The notes under the pieces were generated by a model. It did not search any database and was not told where the DNA came from. It was given only the letters and a program-made list of their open reading frames with translations. This document shows positions 16,706 to 23,854 of a stretch of 29,519 nt of DNA, piece after piece (positions within the stretch are counted from its first letter, which is position 1; every line of letters starts with the position of its first letter). Origin of the DNA: a virus (lineage: Duplodnaviria; Caudoviricetes); the IMG/VR virus record IMGVR_UViG_3300017653_000217, positions 1 through 29,519 of that record; one strand, written 5' to 3'. The position numbers were made by a program, and so were the translations under genes.

Positions 16706-16862
16706 ATTTTCTAAATTGATACTCTGCTGCAAGCTTTGATAGATTATAAAAGTTGAGCAATTCTAATGTTTGCTTGTTGAACCCCTTAGAAACTAGGTAT
16801 GTCTTCATATCCTCAATTAGCTTCTTGCCTTTGTTGTAGCAGAAAATAACTTCACCGTGCAT
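16704..16862 (-). CDS. Hypothetical 52-aa protein (not in ORF track)
   Basis: MHGEVIFCYNKGKKLIEDMKTYLVSKGFNKQTLELLNFYNLSKLAAEYQFRK with an AAAGAGG RBS. Confidence 0.5.
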   Translation of the reverse strand: MHGEVIFCYNKGKKLIEDMKTYLVSKGFNKQTLELLNFYNLSKLAAEYQFRK

Positions 16863-16934
16863 CGATTGTTCCTCTTTCAAAATTTATAATGTTTGGCAAT
16901 CATGCTAGTGTCACAAATTGTTCAAAATTAACAC

Positions 16935-16963
16935 TTCACCCATTCCCATCAATTTGGTAAACT
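16935..16963 (+). promoter_or_regulatory. Putative SigA promoter for the Spo0E-like gene
   Basis: TTCACC-17 nt-TAAACT with TG extension. Confidence 0.45.
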
Positions 16964-17004
16964 GTTCTTTGTGTTTGTATTTTAATGCAAGGGGGAGAGT
17001 AATT

Positions 17005-17181
17005 ATGGAAATAACAGAAAAATCTGTTTTAAATCCGAATGAACTCCTAAGTTATATTGAATTTTTGAGAAAAGACCTAATTAACAAAGGTTTAAATTTC
17101 GGATTTAATGATGACCGAACAATACAGGCTAGTCAGGAACTAGATTATTTTATATTTGAGTACCAGAGGAAAATTAATTAG
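17005..17181 (+). CDS. Spo0E-family aspartyl-phosphate phosphatase
   Basis: 58 aa with the signature SQELD ('IEFLRKDLI..G...G.....TIQASQELD'); ATG at 17005 after AAGGGGGAG. Confidence 0.85.
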   Translation: MEITEKSVLNPNELLSYIEFLRKDLINKGLNFGFNDDRTIQASQELDYFIFEYQRKIN

Positions 17182-17693
17182 TCTTCCTTTAAATCAAAAA
17201 GTGACATTTGCTCAAAGACTTTTTCTTTGTGTACAGATTCCTCTAAAAAGAGATTAGCTTCTGTAAAATCAAGGTTAATATCCCCATCAACCTTATCGGG
17301 TTCCACTTCTTCAACCCCCGCGAACCAGTGAAAAGGAAAACACCCACAGAGTTTCTGAAGGTCCTCATCATGGTAAAAATACGCATGTGTTTTCTTTGTC
17401 TTCAGGAAATATTCCTTTAATGCTGTTCCCCTGTAACCTGATCTCCTCCAAATGAGGCTAGCTCTGTATATCTTGTTGGGATCCAACTGTATATCCCTCA
17501 GTTCTGGCTCCTCTGGCCATATCTCCTGTTCGTCCAGCTGAAAATACTCTTTCGAATAACACCCCTTATGAGCACCTTGATTAGGAAAATTCGAGACATA
17601 GTAATGGTTAGATCCATTAGGAAAGAGATAATAGCTTGTCCCTTTTGTAAGGACCGCTGTTTGTCCAGGATCAACGCATATTCCTTGTAGCAT
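17178..17693 (-). CDS. Hypothetical phage protein with C-terminal QMSLF motif
   Basis: ATG at 17693 overlaps the upstream stop (TAATG); aromatic-rich protein with two similar 'GC(Y/F)...(Y/W)F' segments. Confidence 0.7.
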   Translation of the reverse strand: MLQGICVDPGQTAVLTKGTSYYLFPNGSNHYYVSNFPNQGAHKGCYSKEYFQLDEQEIWPEEPELRDIQLDPNKIYRASLIWRRSGYRGTALKEYFLKTKKTHAYFYHDEDLQKLCGCFPFHWFAGVEEVEPDKVDGDINLDFTEANLFLEESVHKEKVFEQMSLFDLKED

Positions 17694-17827
17694 TAGCCCA
17701 CCAGCTCCCAACCTTGACGCAACCTAGTAGAGATTTCCTTCCTCCTAAGAGGTTCATAGACCACTACTTTTAGTCCTTTTTCTAGCCTTTCCAGGGTAAC
17801 CCAATGTAGTTGCCTTGCCCTTCGCAT
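17693..17827 (-). CDS. Hypothetical 44-aa protein (not in ORF track)
   Basis: MRRARQLHWVTLERLEKGLKVVVYEPLRRKEISTRLRQGWELVG; AAGGTG RBS; stop coupled to the next ATG. Confidence 0.5.
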   Translation of the reverse strand: MRRARQLHWVTLERLEKGLKVVVYEPLRRKEISTRLRQGWELVG

Positions 17828-18227
17828 TCGGTTTCACCTTCTTTTTCAGTTTGTTTAGCTGATCCAGCTCAATCCACCCATATGTATCATCTAAGGTGAC
17901 AAGCTTTAAAGTGTGTTCATACCGATACTCAAACAGCTTTTTCTTGAGGAGAAATTCTTTTGTTTCATGACCCTTTACGTCGACGATTTCGATGCTGCCA
18001 TCGAGGTTATGAATCTCAAAGTCTGCTACATACTCAATCTTTCGGATTGTTTTGCCGTTCTTTTTGTATGATTCCTGCAATAGAAAACGTGGTTGTAGCT
18101 TGAAATCCTTTATTTGTTTTGCTTGTTTAAGCCATTTAAGCTGTTCAAAATATTTAGCCTCTGCCTTTGAATCAAACTGGATGCCGTCCACGAAGGTTTT
18201 CTTATTGCTATACTTATTTACTGGCAT
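17754..18227 (-). CDS. DUF1064 family PD-(D/E)xK endonuclease-like protein
   Basis: 'NKYSNKK..VDGIQFDSKAEA', 'LQPRF.L', 'YVADF', 'VDVKG..T..F.LKKKLF'. Confidence 0.88.
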   Translation of the reverse strand: MPVNKYSNKKTFVDGIQFDSKAEAKYFEQLKWLKQAKQIKDFKLQPRFLLQESYKKNGKTIRKIEYVADFEIHNLDGSIEIVDVKGHETKEFLLKKKLFEYRYEHTLKLVTLDDTYGWIELDQLNKLKKKVKPNAKGKATTLGYPGKARKRTKSSGL

Positions 18228-18363
18228 CCTTAAGCTCCATTTTCAGTTGATCTTCATCAGAGTTGTCTTTTAACTTCTCAAGCTTTCTTTCGCAAACAGG
18301 ACCAATACCGCGGGCAATGCTTTTGGTGCTTTTCAGAGGGCGATTACAAACGGGACAGTTCAT
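18214..18363 (-). CDS. DUF6011-like small Zn-binding protein (49 aa, not in ORF track)
   Basis: MNCPVCNRPLKSTKSIARGIGPVC...; ATGA overlap with the MazG-like gene; AAGGAGG RBS. Confidence 0.75.
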   Translation of the reverse strand: MNCPVCNRPLKSTKSIARGIGPVCERKLEKLKDNSDEDQLKMELKDASK

Positions 18364-18626
18364 CTATTTTCCTCCTTGACTTGCTCAGCGATTGCGACTG
18401 CAACAGCTGCAACATGAATCAGTTCTGTATATAAGTCATCCGCATCGGTTTCCTTTTGGCTTACAAATCCCTTTTGCATTGCCTGAGCAACTTCTCCTAC
18501 TTCTTCAACAAGGATTTTCAACCAATCACCATAAACGTGGCGCTGAATCCCCCACTTGATATCCTGTCTAACTCTTTCTAATCCAACATCCACTAGGACA
18601 AAATTTGTTGGTTCTTTAAGATTCAC
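18360..18626 (-). CDS. MazG-like nucleotide pyrophosphohydrolase
   Basis: 'ERVRQD.KWG.Q', 'ILVEEVGEVAQA', 'ELIHVAAVAVA'. Confidence 0.85.
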   Translation of the reverse strand: MNLKEPTNFVLVDVGLERVRQDIKWGIQRHVYGDWLKILVEEVGEVAQAMQKGFVSQKETDADDLYTELIHVAAVAVAIAEQVKEENR

Positions 18627-18629
18627 TTA

Positions 18630-18881
18630 CTACACTCCCATCAATCCGTTTTCTCGTTGCTTTATCCGTTCATCTCTGGCCAAGTGAATAATCGCTAAGA
18701 GTATTTCATCTGGATCCCGCTTGAACCTCTTAGCAATAGTTCTTACGCTCATATCTTCATTCCAGCAAAAAGCAATATCATCTAACTCTTCCTCGTCCCA
18801 GACAAAATCCAAGTCCTCTAGGACAATTACACGGCATTTTCTAGCCTCAGCAAAGTAACTTTCCATCGGTCGGCCAGCCAT
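18630..18881 (-). CDS. Helix-turn-helix protein
   Basis: 'LEDLDFVWDEEE....W....SV..IAK.F.RDPDEI' seen in Bacillus prophage HTH proteins. Confidence 0.65.
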   Translation of the reverse strand: MAGRPMESYFAEARKCRVIVLEDLDFVWDEEELDDIAFCWNEDMSVRTIAKRFKRDPDEILLAIIHLARDERIKQRENGLMGV

Positions 18882-18919
18882 AACTACCTTCCTTTCGGTT
18901 CGAACATCGCATTACAAAG

Positions 18920-18997
18920 TCACTTTTCATAAATTAAATATCCAATTCCAAATAACAAACAGATGATTATCGTTACATAAATTATATTTACTAACAT
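18920..18997 (-). CDS. 25-aa single-pass membrane peptide (not in ORF track)
   Basis: MLVNIIYVTIIICLLFGIGYLIYEK with a GAGG RBS. Confidence 0.45.
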   Translation of the reverse strand: MLVNIIYVTIIICLLFGIGYLIYEK

Positions 18998-19024
18998 TTC
19001 CTCGCCCTCTCTTTGTGTCACTGG

Positions 19025-19219
19025 TCAAAACCACTTGTTAGAATCAGAAGAAACATCAACTGCTAAGAAAGCAGCCTTTCGCCATTCGTACATAAGCTCA
19101 TCAAAATTGGCTTCTTCAATGGGCTTGCCGGTTTCTGTGACAGTTACATTCAAATATTTAAGCTCCTTAATGGCTGTATAGCGCTTCGACAACATAACCG
19201 CATCAAGTAAAGTACCCAT
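19025..19219 (-). CDS. Small protein, FbpA-like (64 aa)
   Basis: ATG at 19219 after GGGAGG; 'LLDAV....L....T.TGK.I.....DEL..EW' pattern. Confidence 0.55.
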   Translation of the reverse strand: MGTLLDAVMLSKRYTAIKELKYLNVTVTETGKPIEEANFDELMYEWRKAAFLAVDVSSDSNKWF

Positions 19220-19220
19220 G

Positions 19221-20135
19221 TTATGCCTCCCTCTTCTTGAATTCCAGGAGTTCTCTTTCCAGTTCTGCTTTTTCACGTTCAAAATCAATATCCAGATCGG
19301 CAGATGGTGCTTGAGATTGATTCTTTTGTTGTTCAAACCAATCAGGCAATTTTTCTGAACGTACAGGCTTTTTGTAAGCGCCAGTCCTAGGTTTGGTTTT
19401 GTTGAACTTTTCTTGCTCGTAAACTCTTACTCTATCCAACGAATCTAAGTTATTATTGGCCCATTCTTTCAAGAGGAACTCAACAAAGCCGAAATAACGT
19501 TTGTTTTTGTTATCCGCTATTGTGATTGCCTCTTTTACGATTTCAGATTTCCCACCAAAATCATCCACCCATTGATAAAGTGAGTCGGACTGATTAAGGG
19601 ACAACCTGCAAAGTAATTTTTCGAAGAACTGGACGACCGTTTCGGTGGTAGTAGTAGTATCTTTTAATTCTTTAATTCTTAAATTCTTTAATTCTTGTTC
19701 TTGTTCGCAGTTAGTTCGCACTTCGTTCGCAGTTAGTTCGCTATTAGTTCGCACTTCCTCATTTATGGTGTTCGCACTTCTTTCTTCTTCACCGTCTGAA
19801 TCCTGATATCTAGCGTAATTGACGATGGTAAACAGTGTTCCTACTTCCGTTTCCTGAACGTTCACTCTTTCGGACTCAATGAGTTTGTTAATGCACTTCT
19901 TAATTGTGCTTAAAGAGTACTTTTTAAGCCCTCTACCCTCTTTATAAGAGAGGTCATCTGCAAGCTTTCTGTAAGAGCGAATGAACTGTCCGCGCTTTAA
20001 CTCCATTCCTTTTACCTTAACTCCGTCCTGGTGGCTCGCTTGGCCCAACAGATAGAGGAATAATCGAAATGTGGTGACATCATGCCAGATGTCAGAATCG
20101 AAAATTTCCCTATGCAGTTTTATCCATCCAGACAC
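19221..20135 (-). CDS. Replisome organiser / replication initiator with DnaD domain
   Basis: 'GWIKLHR' N-terminus, 'GTLFTIVNY..YQ', DnaD-like 'EAI..A......FVE.LLKEW'; internal iterons. Confidence 0.9.
   Translation of the reverse strand: MSGWIKLHREIFDSDIWHDVTTFRLFLYLLGQASHQDGVKVKGMELKRGQFIRSYRKLADDLSYKEGRGLKKYSLSTIKKCINKLIESERVNVQETEVGTLFTIVNYARYQDSDGEEERSANTINEEVRTNSELTANEVRTNCEQEQELKNLRIKELKDTTTTTETVVQFFEKLLCRLSLNQSDSLYQWVDDFGGKSEIVKEAITIADNKNKRYFGFVEFLLKEWANNNLDSLDRVRVYEQEKFNKTKPRTGAYKKPVRSEKLPDWFEQQKNQSQAPSADLDIDFEREKAELERELLEFKKREA
19661..19780. repeat. Putative phage replication origin (iterons + AT-rich repeats)
   Basis: GTTCGC at 19703, 19714, 19725, 19736 and 19747 (exact 11-bp period) and at 19770, next to repeated (T)AATTCTT units at 19661-19697. 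Confidence 0.8.
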
Positions 20136-20171
20136 GATTAATCACCCTTTCGAATTTTACCGAACGTAAGA

Positions 20172-20342
20172 TTATCTTCTTTCACAAACAGCAAATCCGT
20201 TTCTTATAGCTTTAACGGTATAATCCGGATACCGGCGCATATACTGTAGTACAAGCTTTTTGAAGTGTTCTTTGTCCTCTGCCTGCTCGTAGATCCAAGC
20301 AGGCAAAAGGACATTTGTTTCAAAGTTGTTATTTAGTATCAT
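20172..20342 (-). CDS. Hypothetical 56-aa protein (not in ORF track)
   Basis: MILNNNFETNVLLPAWIYEQAEDKEHFKKLVLQYMRRYPDYTVKAIRNGFAVCERR; start overlaps the recT stop (TAATG). Confidence 0.65.
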   Translation of the reverse strand: MILNNNFETNVLLPAWIYEQAEDKEHFKKLVLQYMRRYPDYTVKAIRNGFAVCERR

Positions 20343-21247
20343 TAAAACTCAATATCCAGTGCATCCTGAGCAGACATTTTCTTCTCAGGTTGTTCCTCCA
20401 CTACCTCAGGAGCTGGTTCTTGTTCATCATCGGTAATATCAATGATGTTCGGGTCATTGGCTGGTACTGATTCATTCGCTTCTTCTGTAATATCCTTCAA
20501 TTCACGCTCTGCTGATTCGTCCTCGGTAATAGCCTTTTGCATTTCAATGGAGAGAATTCCCCACTTACCAAGCATATTTCGTAGTACTGTCTTCATGGCC
20601 ATTGCGTCATAATCTGAACGCCATACGTTATTAAGCGACTTCTTATCCTTTGCTTTGTTGAACTTAATACGATGCGCTTCAATTTGATCTCGAGTCCAGT
20701 AAACAGTTTTCTCAAATCCGTTCACTAACTTGAAGTAACCACAATAGCCAATTACCTTATCGCTTGTAGCTGCATCCAAATCTAGTTCAATTTCTTCTGT
20801 CAGACGGTTCCACTTTACTAGCTCACCTTCTCGAACCTCGATGACATTAATAGATTTATATTGGCCTGTCCTTAATGCGAGCTGGATGTACCCTTTATAC
20901 CCGAGTTGAAATTGCGCTGCCTTGTGCCCTTTCTTGCTGTCATAGAAAGGAACTATCCAAGCGTAACCAAGGTTTTTATCTACCGGTAAATCTAGCGAAG
21001 CTGCCACCATGGCACTGGAAACGATGGACATTGGTTCAGCTGCTTGAATGTTTGGGTCACCGTTGTAAAGGTTAAGAATCGACGCCATAAACTGTGGTGC
21101 CTTCTTTGCTAATACCTGTTCAAACTTCTTTTGCATGGTTGGTGTATTCAACAATGATTTAAGCCCGAGAGACTGGGCCGTCACTTGTTGTGGTGACCCA
21201 GCCTGTTTATTTGCTAATTGATTTTTTAACACTGAATTTGTAGCCAT
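20342..21247 (-). CDS. recT: RecT family single-strand annealing recombinase
   Basis: 'NLGYAWIVP', 'AQFQLGYKGYIQLALRTGQYK', 'W...YDAMAMKTV'. Confidence 0.93.
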   Translation of the reverse strand: MATNSVLKNQLANKQAGSPQQVTAQSLGLKSLLNTPTMQKKFEQVLAKKAPQFMASILNLYNGDPNIQAAEPMSIVSSAMVAASLDLPVDKNLGYAWIVPFYDSKKGHKAAQFQLGYKGYIQLALRTGQYKSINVIEVREGELVKWNRLTEEIELDLDAATSDKVIGYCGYFKLVNGFEKTVYWTRDQIEAHRIKFNKAKDKKSLNNVWRSDYDAMAMKTVLRNMLGKWGILSIEMQKAITEDESAERELKDITEEANESVPANDPNIIDITDDEQEPAPEVVEEQPEKKMSAQDALDIEF

Positions 21248-22191
21248 TATTTAATCTCCTTTACTCCGAATTTACGGAAAGATGACTCTTTAATTACTTC
21301 CTTATAGATATCAGGAAATTTACTCTGCAAAGCCTTAGAATCAACACTTGTTCGAGATTGATTTTTCCATGAGACTTCAAAACTATCAGTAGTCCCGATT
21401 TCAGCATCTTTTAACTCTGCTTTTAGCTTGTTTTCAATCTCGGTTTTCGCTGTTTTGATTAGCTTTTCATCATCTTTTATCTTGATGTATTGAAGAAGAA
21501 GCTCTTTACTTTCACCAGGGAGAGCGATTTCTTTCTTTGCTTCTGCCTTCTCATACTTTTCTTTCAGATATTGCTCAGCTGCACTAGATCCATCCAAATC
21601 AGGAGCATGTCCTTGCTGTACGTGGTATTCCCAGAAGTGCTTTTCAGCATCGAAAATCATTTGAATGAGCTCTTCATCCCGCTCAATTTCTTTCCATATA
21701 AAGCGATTGCCACCAATAAGGACTGCTATATATCCTTTTTCCTTCCCGGTCACTCCTAGATAATGCTGAACTTGTACTAGATAGGTAGCCGGAACCTCAT
21801 CCCCTTCCCACTCTTTCGCGAGAAAGGCATTGGCTGTTTTACATTCAAGTACGGCTGATTCCCCGACTACGAGACGGTCCACATTAGCTTTTATAAATGC
21901 ATGTTCTGGATGGCTATACATAAAGTTAGACCGTCGTACCTTATTACCAGTGCGTTTTTCAAACTCTTTCGCAACAACATTTTCCATTTCATTGCCCCAA
22001 TAAATTGCTTCGTTATCAATTTCAACTGGGTCTACCTGGCCTGTTTTCTCGAGCCATAATTCAAATGATGTACGATATTTATTGATTCCTAAAATTACAC
22101 CTGCATCACTACCGCCAATGCCCTTTTGTCTTTCCAGTAACCATTCGTGACGGCTCATATCCTTTGTGGAAATTGCGTTGTTGACTGCCAT
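21247..22191 (-). CDS. yqaJ: YqaJ-family (lambda-type) exonuclease
   Basis: 'WL.ER..GIGGSD', 'ANVDR', 'LECKT', 'Y..QVQHY'. Confidence 0.93.
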   Translation of the reverse strand: MAVNNAISTKDMSRHEWLLERQKGIGGSDAGVILGINKYRTSFELWLEKTGQVDPVEIDNEAIYWGNEMENVVAKEFEKRTGNKVRRSNFMYSHPEHAFIKANVDRLVVGESAVLECKTANAFLAKEWEGDEVPATYLVQVQHYLGVTGKEKGYIAVLIGGNRFIWKEIERDEELIQMIFDAEKHFWEYHVQQGHAPDLDGSSAAEQYLKEKYEKAEAKKEIALPGESKELLLQYIKIKDDEKLIKTAKTEIENKLKAELKDAEIGTTDSFEVSWKNQSRTSVDSKALQSKFPDIYKEVIKESSFRKFGVKEIK

Positions 22192-22203
22192 GTCTTTCTC
22201 TCC

Positions 22204-22296
22204 TTTACCTATTTGTGATTTTTGTGGTAAAATTAATCTAATAAAATATTTAAAACAGTCACTGACTCCTGCTGCTAACCAGGGGTCTTTTATTTT
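22204..22296 (+). ncRNA. Putative short antisense transcription unit upstream of yqaJ
   Basis: TTTACC-18 nt-TAAAAT (TG extended) at 22204-22233; terminator GACTCCTG-8 nt-CAGGGGTC-TTTTATTTT at 22264-22296. Confidence 0.5.
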
Positions 22297-22541
22297 GCTG
22301 TTGTGAACCGAAAACCTAGTACTTCAATCAGATAATCTTCGAGATTTTCTTCTAAAATTATTTCTCCGTTGTCACTGATTACAATAGAGTCATTTTTTAC
22401 GATTTCATCTCCGTAGTAATCACTGCTTCCTTGCTCCACTTCTCCGAATCCGCAACTAGGACAGTTATGATCAAACCTTTCATCTTCTGAAACACTAAAG
22501 CTTCTACAACAATTAGGACATTTTAACGAAACAGCACTCAT
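22290..22541 (-). CDS. YqaI-like protein with N-terminal zinc ribbon
   Basis: CPNC...CPSC plus 'DYYGDEI...D......GE.ILEENLEDYLIE.LGF'; ATG at 22541 after AAAGGAGG. Confidence 0.7.
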   Translation of the reverse strand: MSAVSLKCPNCCRSFSVSEDERFDHNCPSCGFGEVEQGSSDYYGDEIVKNDSIVISDNGEIILEENLEDYLIEVLGFRFTTAK

Positions 22542-22578
22542 TCTACTTACCTCCTTTACTTTTTGTGTACACATTTGC

Positions 22579-22640
22579 ACCGGCCCGGTTCGGTGCGGGT
22601 ATGGATAATGGGAGGATGGGACACTCCGAACCAGGACGGC
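22579..22640 (-). ncRNA. GC-rich 19-bp stem with 24-nt C/U-rich loop
   Basis: GCCGTCCTGGTTCGGAGTG pairs with CGCACCGAACCGGGCCGGT (3 G-U, 2 mismatches); loop TCCCATCCTCCCATTATCCATACC. Confidence 0.55.
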
Positions 22641-22647
22641 AAAAACG

Positions 22648-22742
22648 TTGCCGCATCATCAAAACGATGATAAGATTTATTTACATAGTGGTTGGTTTTG
22701 ATTCTGGGCAGTGGGGCTTCTGCAAAAGCTTCACTGCTTTTT
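22648..22742 (+). ncRNA. Putative small RNA unit A (promoter + ~60 nt RNA + terminator)
   Basis: TTGCCG-17 nt-TAAGAT (TG extended); terminator GCAGTGGGGCTT-CTGCAA-AAGCTTCACTGC-TTTTT. Confidence 0.55.
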
Positions 22743-22826
22743 ATGTTGTTTTACATAGATACAAACCGTTTCCAAAGCTCTTCCTCCTTGTAAAACAACT
22801 TGATAGATTTCAGAATAATTAAAAGG

Positions 22827-22918
22827 TTGAAACTCTATCAAAACGGTGGTAGTATTTACCATGGGAATCTGGCAATTCTCTTACAGTGGGCTTGGATAGC
22901 TCACTGTTTTTCTTTTTG
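22827..22918 (+). ncRNA. Putative small RNA unit B (promoter + ~50 nt RNA + terminator)
   Basis: TTGAAA-17 nt-TAGTAT (TG extended); terminator CAGTGGGCT-TGGAT-AGCTCACTG followed by T-tracts. Confidence 0.6.
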
Positions 22919-23011
22919 TTCAAAAATATTTGTAAGACCTAGAACCTTTAATAAAAGAAGTATTATTGGATACAAGGTGAACATGATAATTGCTGTTGCT
23001 AGCACTCCCAT
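22901..23011 (-). CDS. 36-aa hydrophobic peptide (not in ORF track)
   Basis: MGVLATAIIMFTLYPIILLLLKVLGLTNIFEQKEKQ; GGAGG RBS; TGATG overlap with the upstream gene. Confidence 0.6.
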   Translation of the reverse strand: MGVLATAIIMFTLYPIILLLLKVLGLTNIFEQKEKQ

Positions 23012-23274
23012 CAGACCAATGCCTCCATTTTTACTAGTAACCCTCTATGAGCTAGCTGGTCAACCAGAGAAGTAAACTCTTCATTTCTCCTTTTTCTTTC
23101 TTGAAGCTTTTCTAGTTCCCTGATAGATTTAGAAAGATCATTGATAGTTAGTTTTGCTTCTATTAAATCCCCATTCGTTAAACACTCTTCGATTCTGAAA
23201 ATACAAGATTTAGCAGCTTTATATTCGCCAAGAGCATCTTTTAGGTCATGGGACAAAAACTGATTTTTATTCAC
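23011..23274 (-). CDS. YqaH-like helical protein (87 aa)
   Basis: GTG start overlapping the upstream stop (GTGA) with a GGAGG RBS; 'MN..FL..D' start, two-helix pattern and position match skin yqaH. Confidence 0.5.
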   Translation of the reverse strand: MNKNQFLSHDLKDALGEYKAAKSCIFRIEECLTNGDLIEAKLTINDLSKSIRELEKLQERKRRNEEFTSLVDQLAHRGLLVKMEALV

Positions 23275-23801
23275 TTCTTTATAAACCTCCTCTGAATGAG
23301 CTTGATTTTGTGCTGAGTCCACATCTTGACCCAACTGATTCCGTACTCTTTACTGATGATTGCTACATAGTGATTGAGGGCAGTAATTGCATCTATGCTT
23401 TCAAGGAGTGATTCCTCGATTTCTCTAACATCCATCTGGTCAATGCTCTTGGGGTTCATAGTGAGCTTCCTCGATGCCCTATTCATTGCTACAAGCGCTT
23501 CTTCCAATTCTTCCTTCGTTTTTAAGCTCACTGACGTTCTGTGAAGGTCAACCGCTTCCCCATCTAATTTAACTGGACCCCAGCTGGTATACTCCGCTGC
23601 CGCCTCCATCGCCACCCAAGGATTATTGTGTTTTTCTATATAATAGGTACTAAGTTCAGGCTGAACCTGATAACGGCCATTTTCTTGCTGGGAAATCGAT
23701 TCCCGGGAACCGTAGTATTCATCAAATGTCATTTCTAGTTGTGTTACCCCCGCTTCCTTTCTGGCCGCCTTGGCAGCTGTTGCAGCTCTACCAATCGGCA
23801 T
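23271..23801 (-). CDS. XRE-family HTH protein with helical C-domain
   Basis: 'ARKEAGVTQ.E.......SRESISQQENGR'; ATG at 23801 after GAAAGGGG. Confidence 0.7.
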   Translation of the reverse strand: MPIGRAATAAKAARKEAGVTQLEMTFDEYYGSRESISQQENGRYQVQPELSTYYIEKHNNPWVAMEAAAEYTSWGPVKLDGEAVDLHRTSVSLKTKEELEEALVAMNRASRKLTMNPKSIDQMDVREIEESLLESIDAITALNHYVAIISKEYGISWVKMWTQHKIKLIQRRFIKK

Positions 23802-23854
23802 TTCAATACATCCCCTTTCTACCAATGTTTTTGGAATAATCTATTAAACTTAAA

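Noticed and set aside
16942-16949. ATTCCCAT, complementary to the 5' end of sRNA B, upstream of the Spo0E-like gene
   Set aside because: It lies in the predicted promoter spacer (not transcribed), and an 8-mer match is expected by chance in a window this size.
22680-22790. Short minus-strand ORF after a strong AAGGAGG RBS (TTG...VCIYVKQHKKQ)
   Set aside because: Only 14 codons; could be a leader peptide or decayed gene but cannot be supported.
22648-22918. CRISPR mini-array interpretation of the duplicated units
   Set aside because: Only two diverged copies, each built of promoter and terminator elements; no constant repeat-spacer period and no cas genes.
22565-23075. + strand ORFs of 85 and 91 aa
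   Set aside because: No RBS, atypical composition, and they run through + strand terminators; promoters, hairpins and a minus-strand peptide explain the region better.
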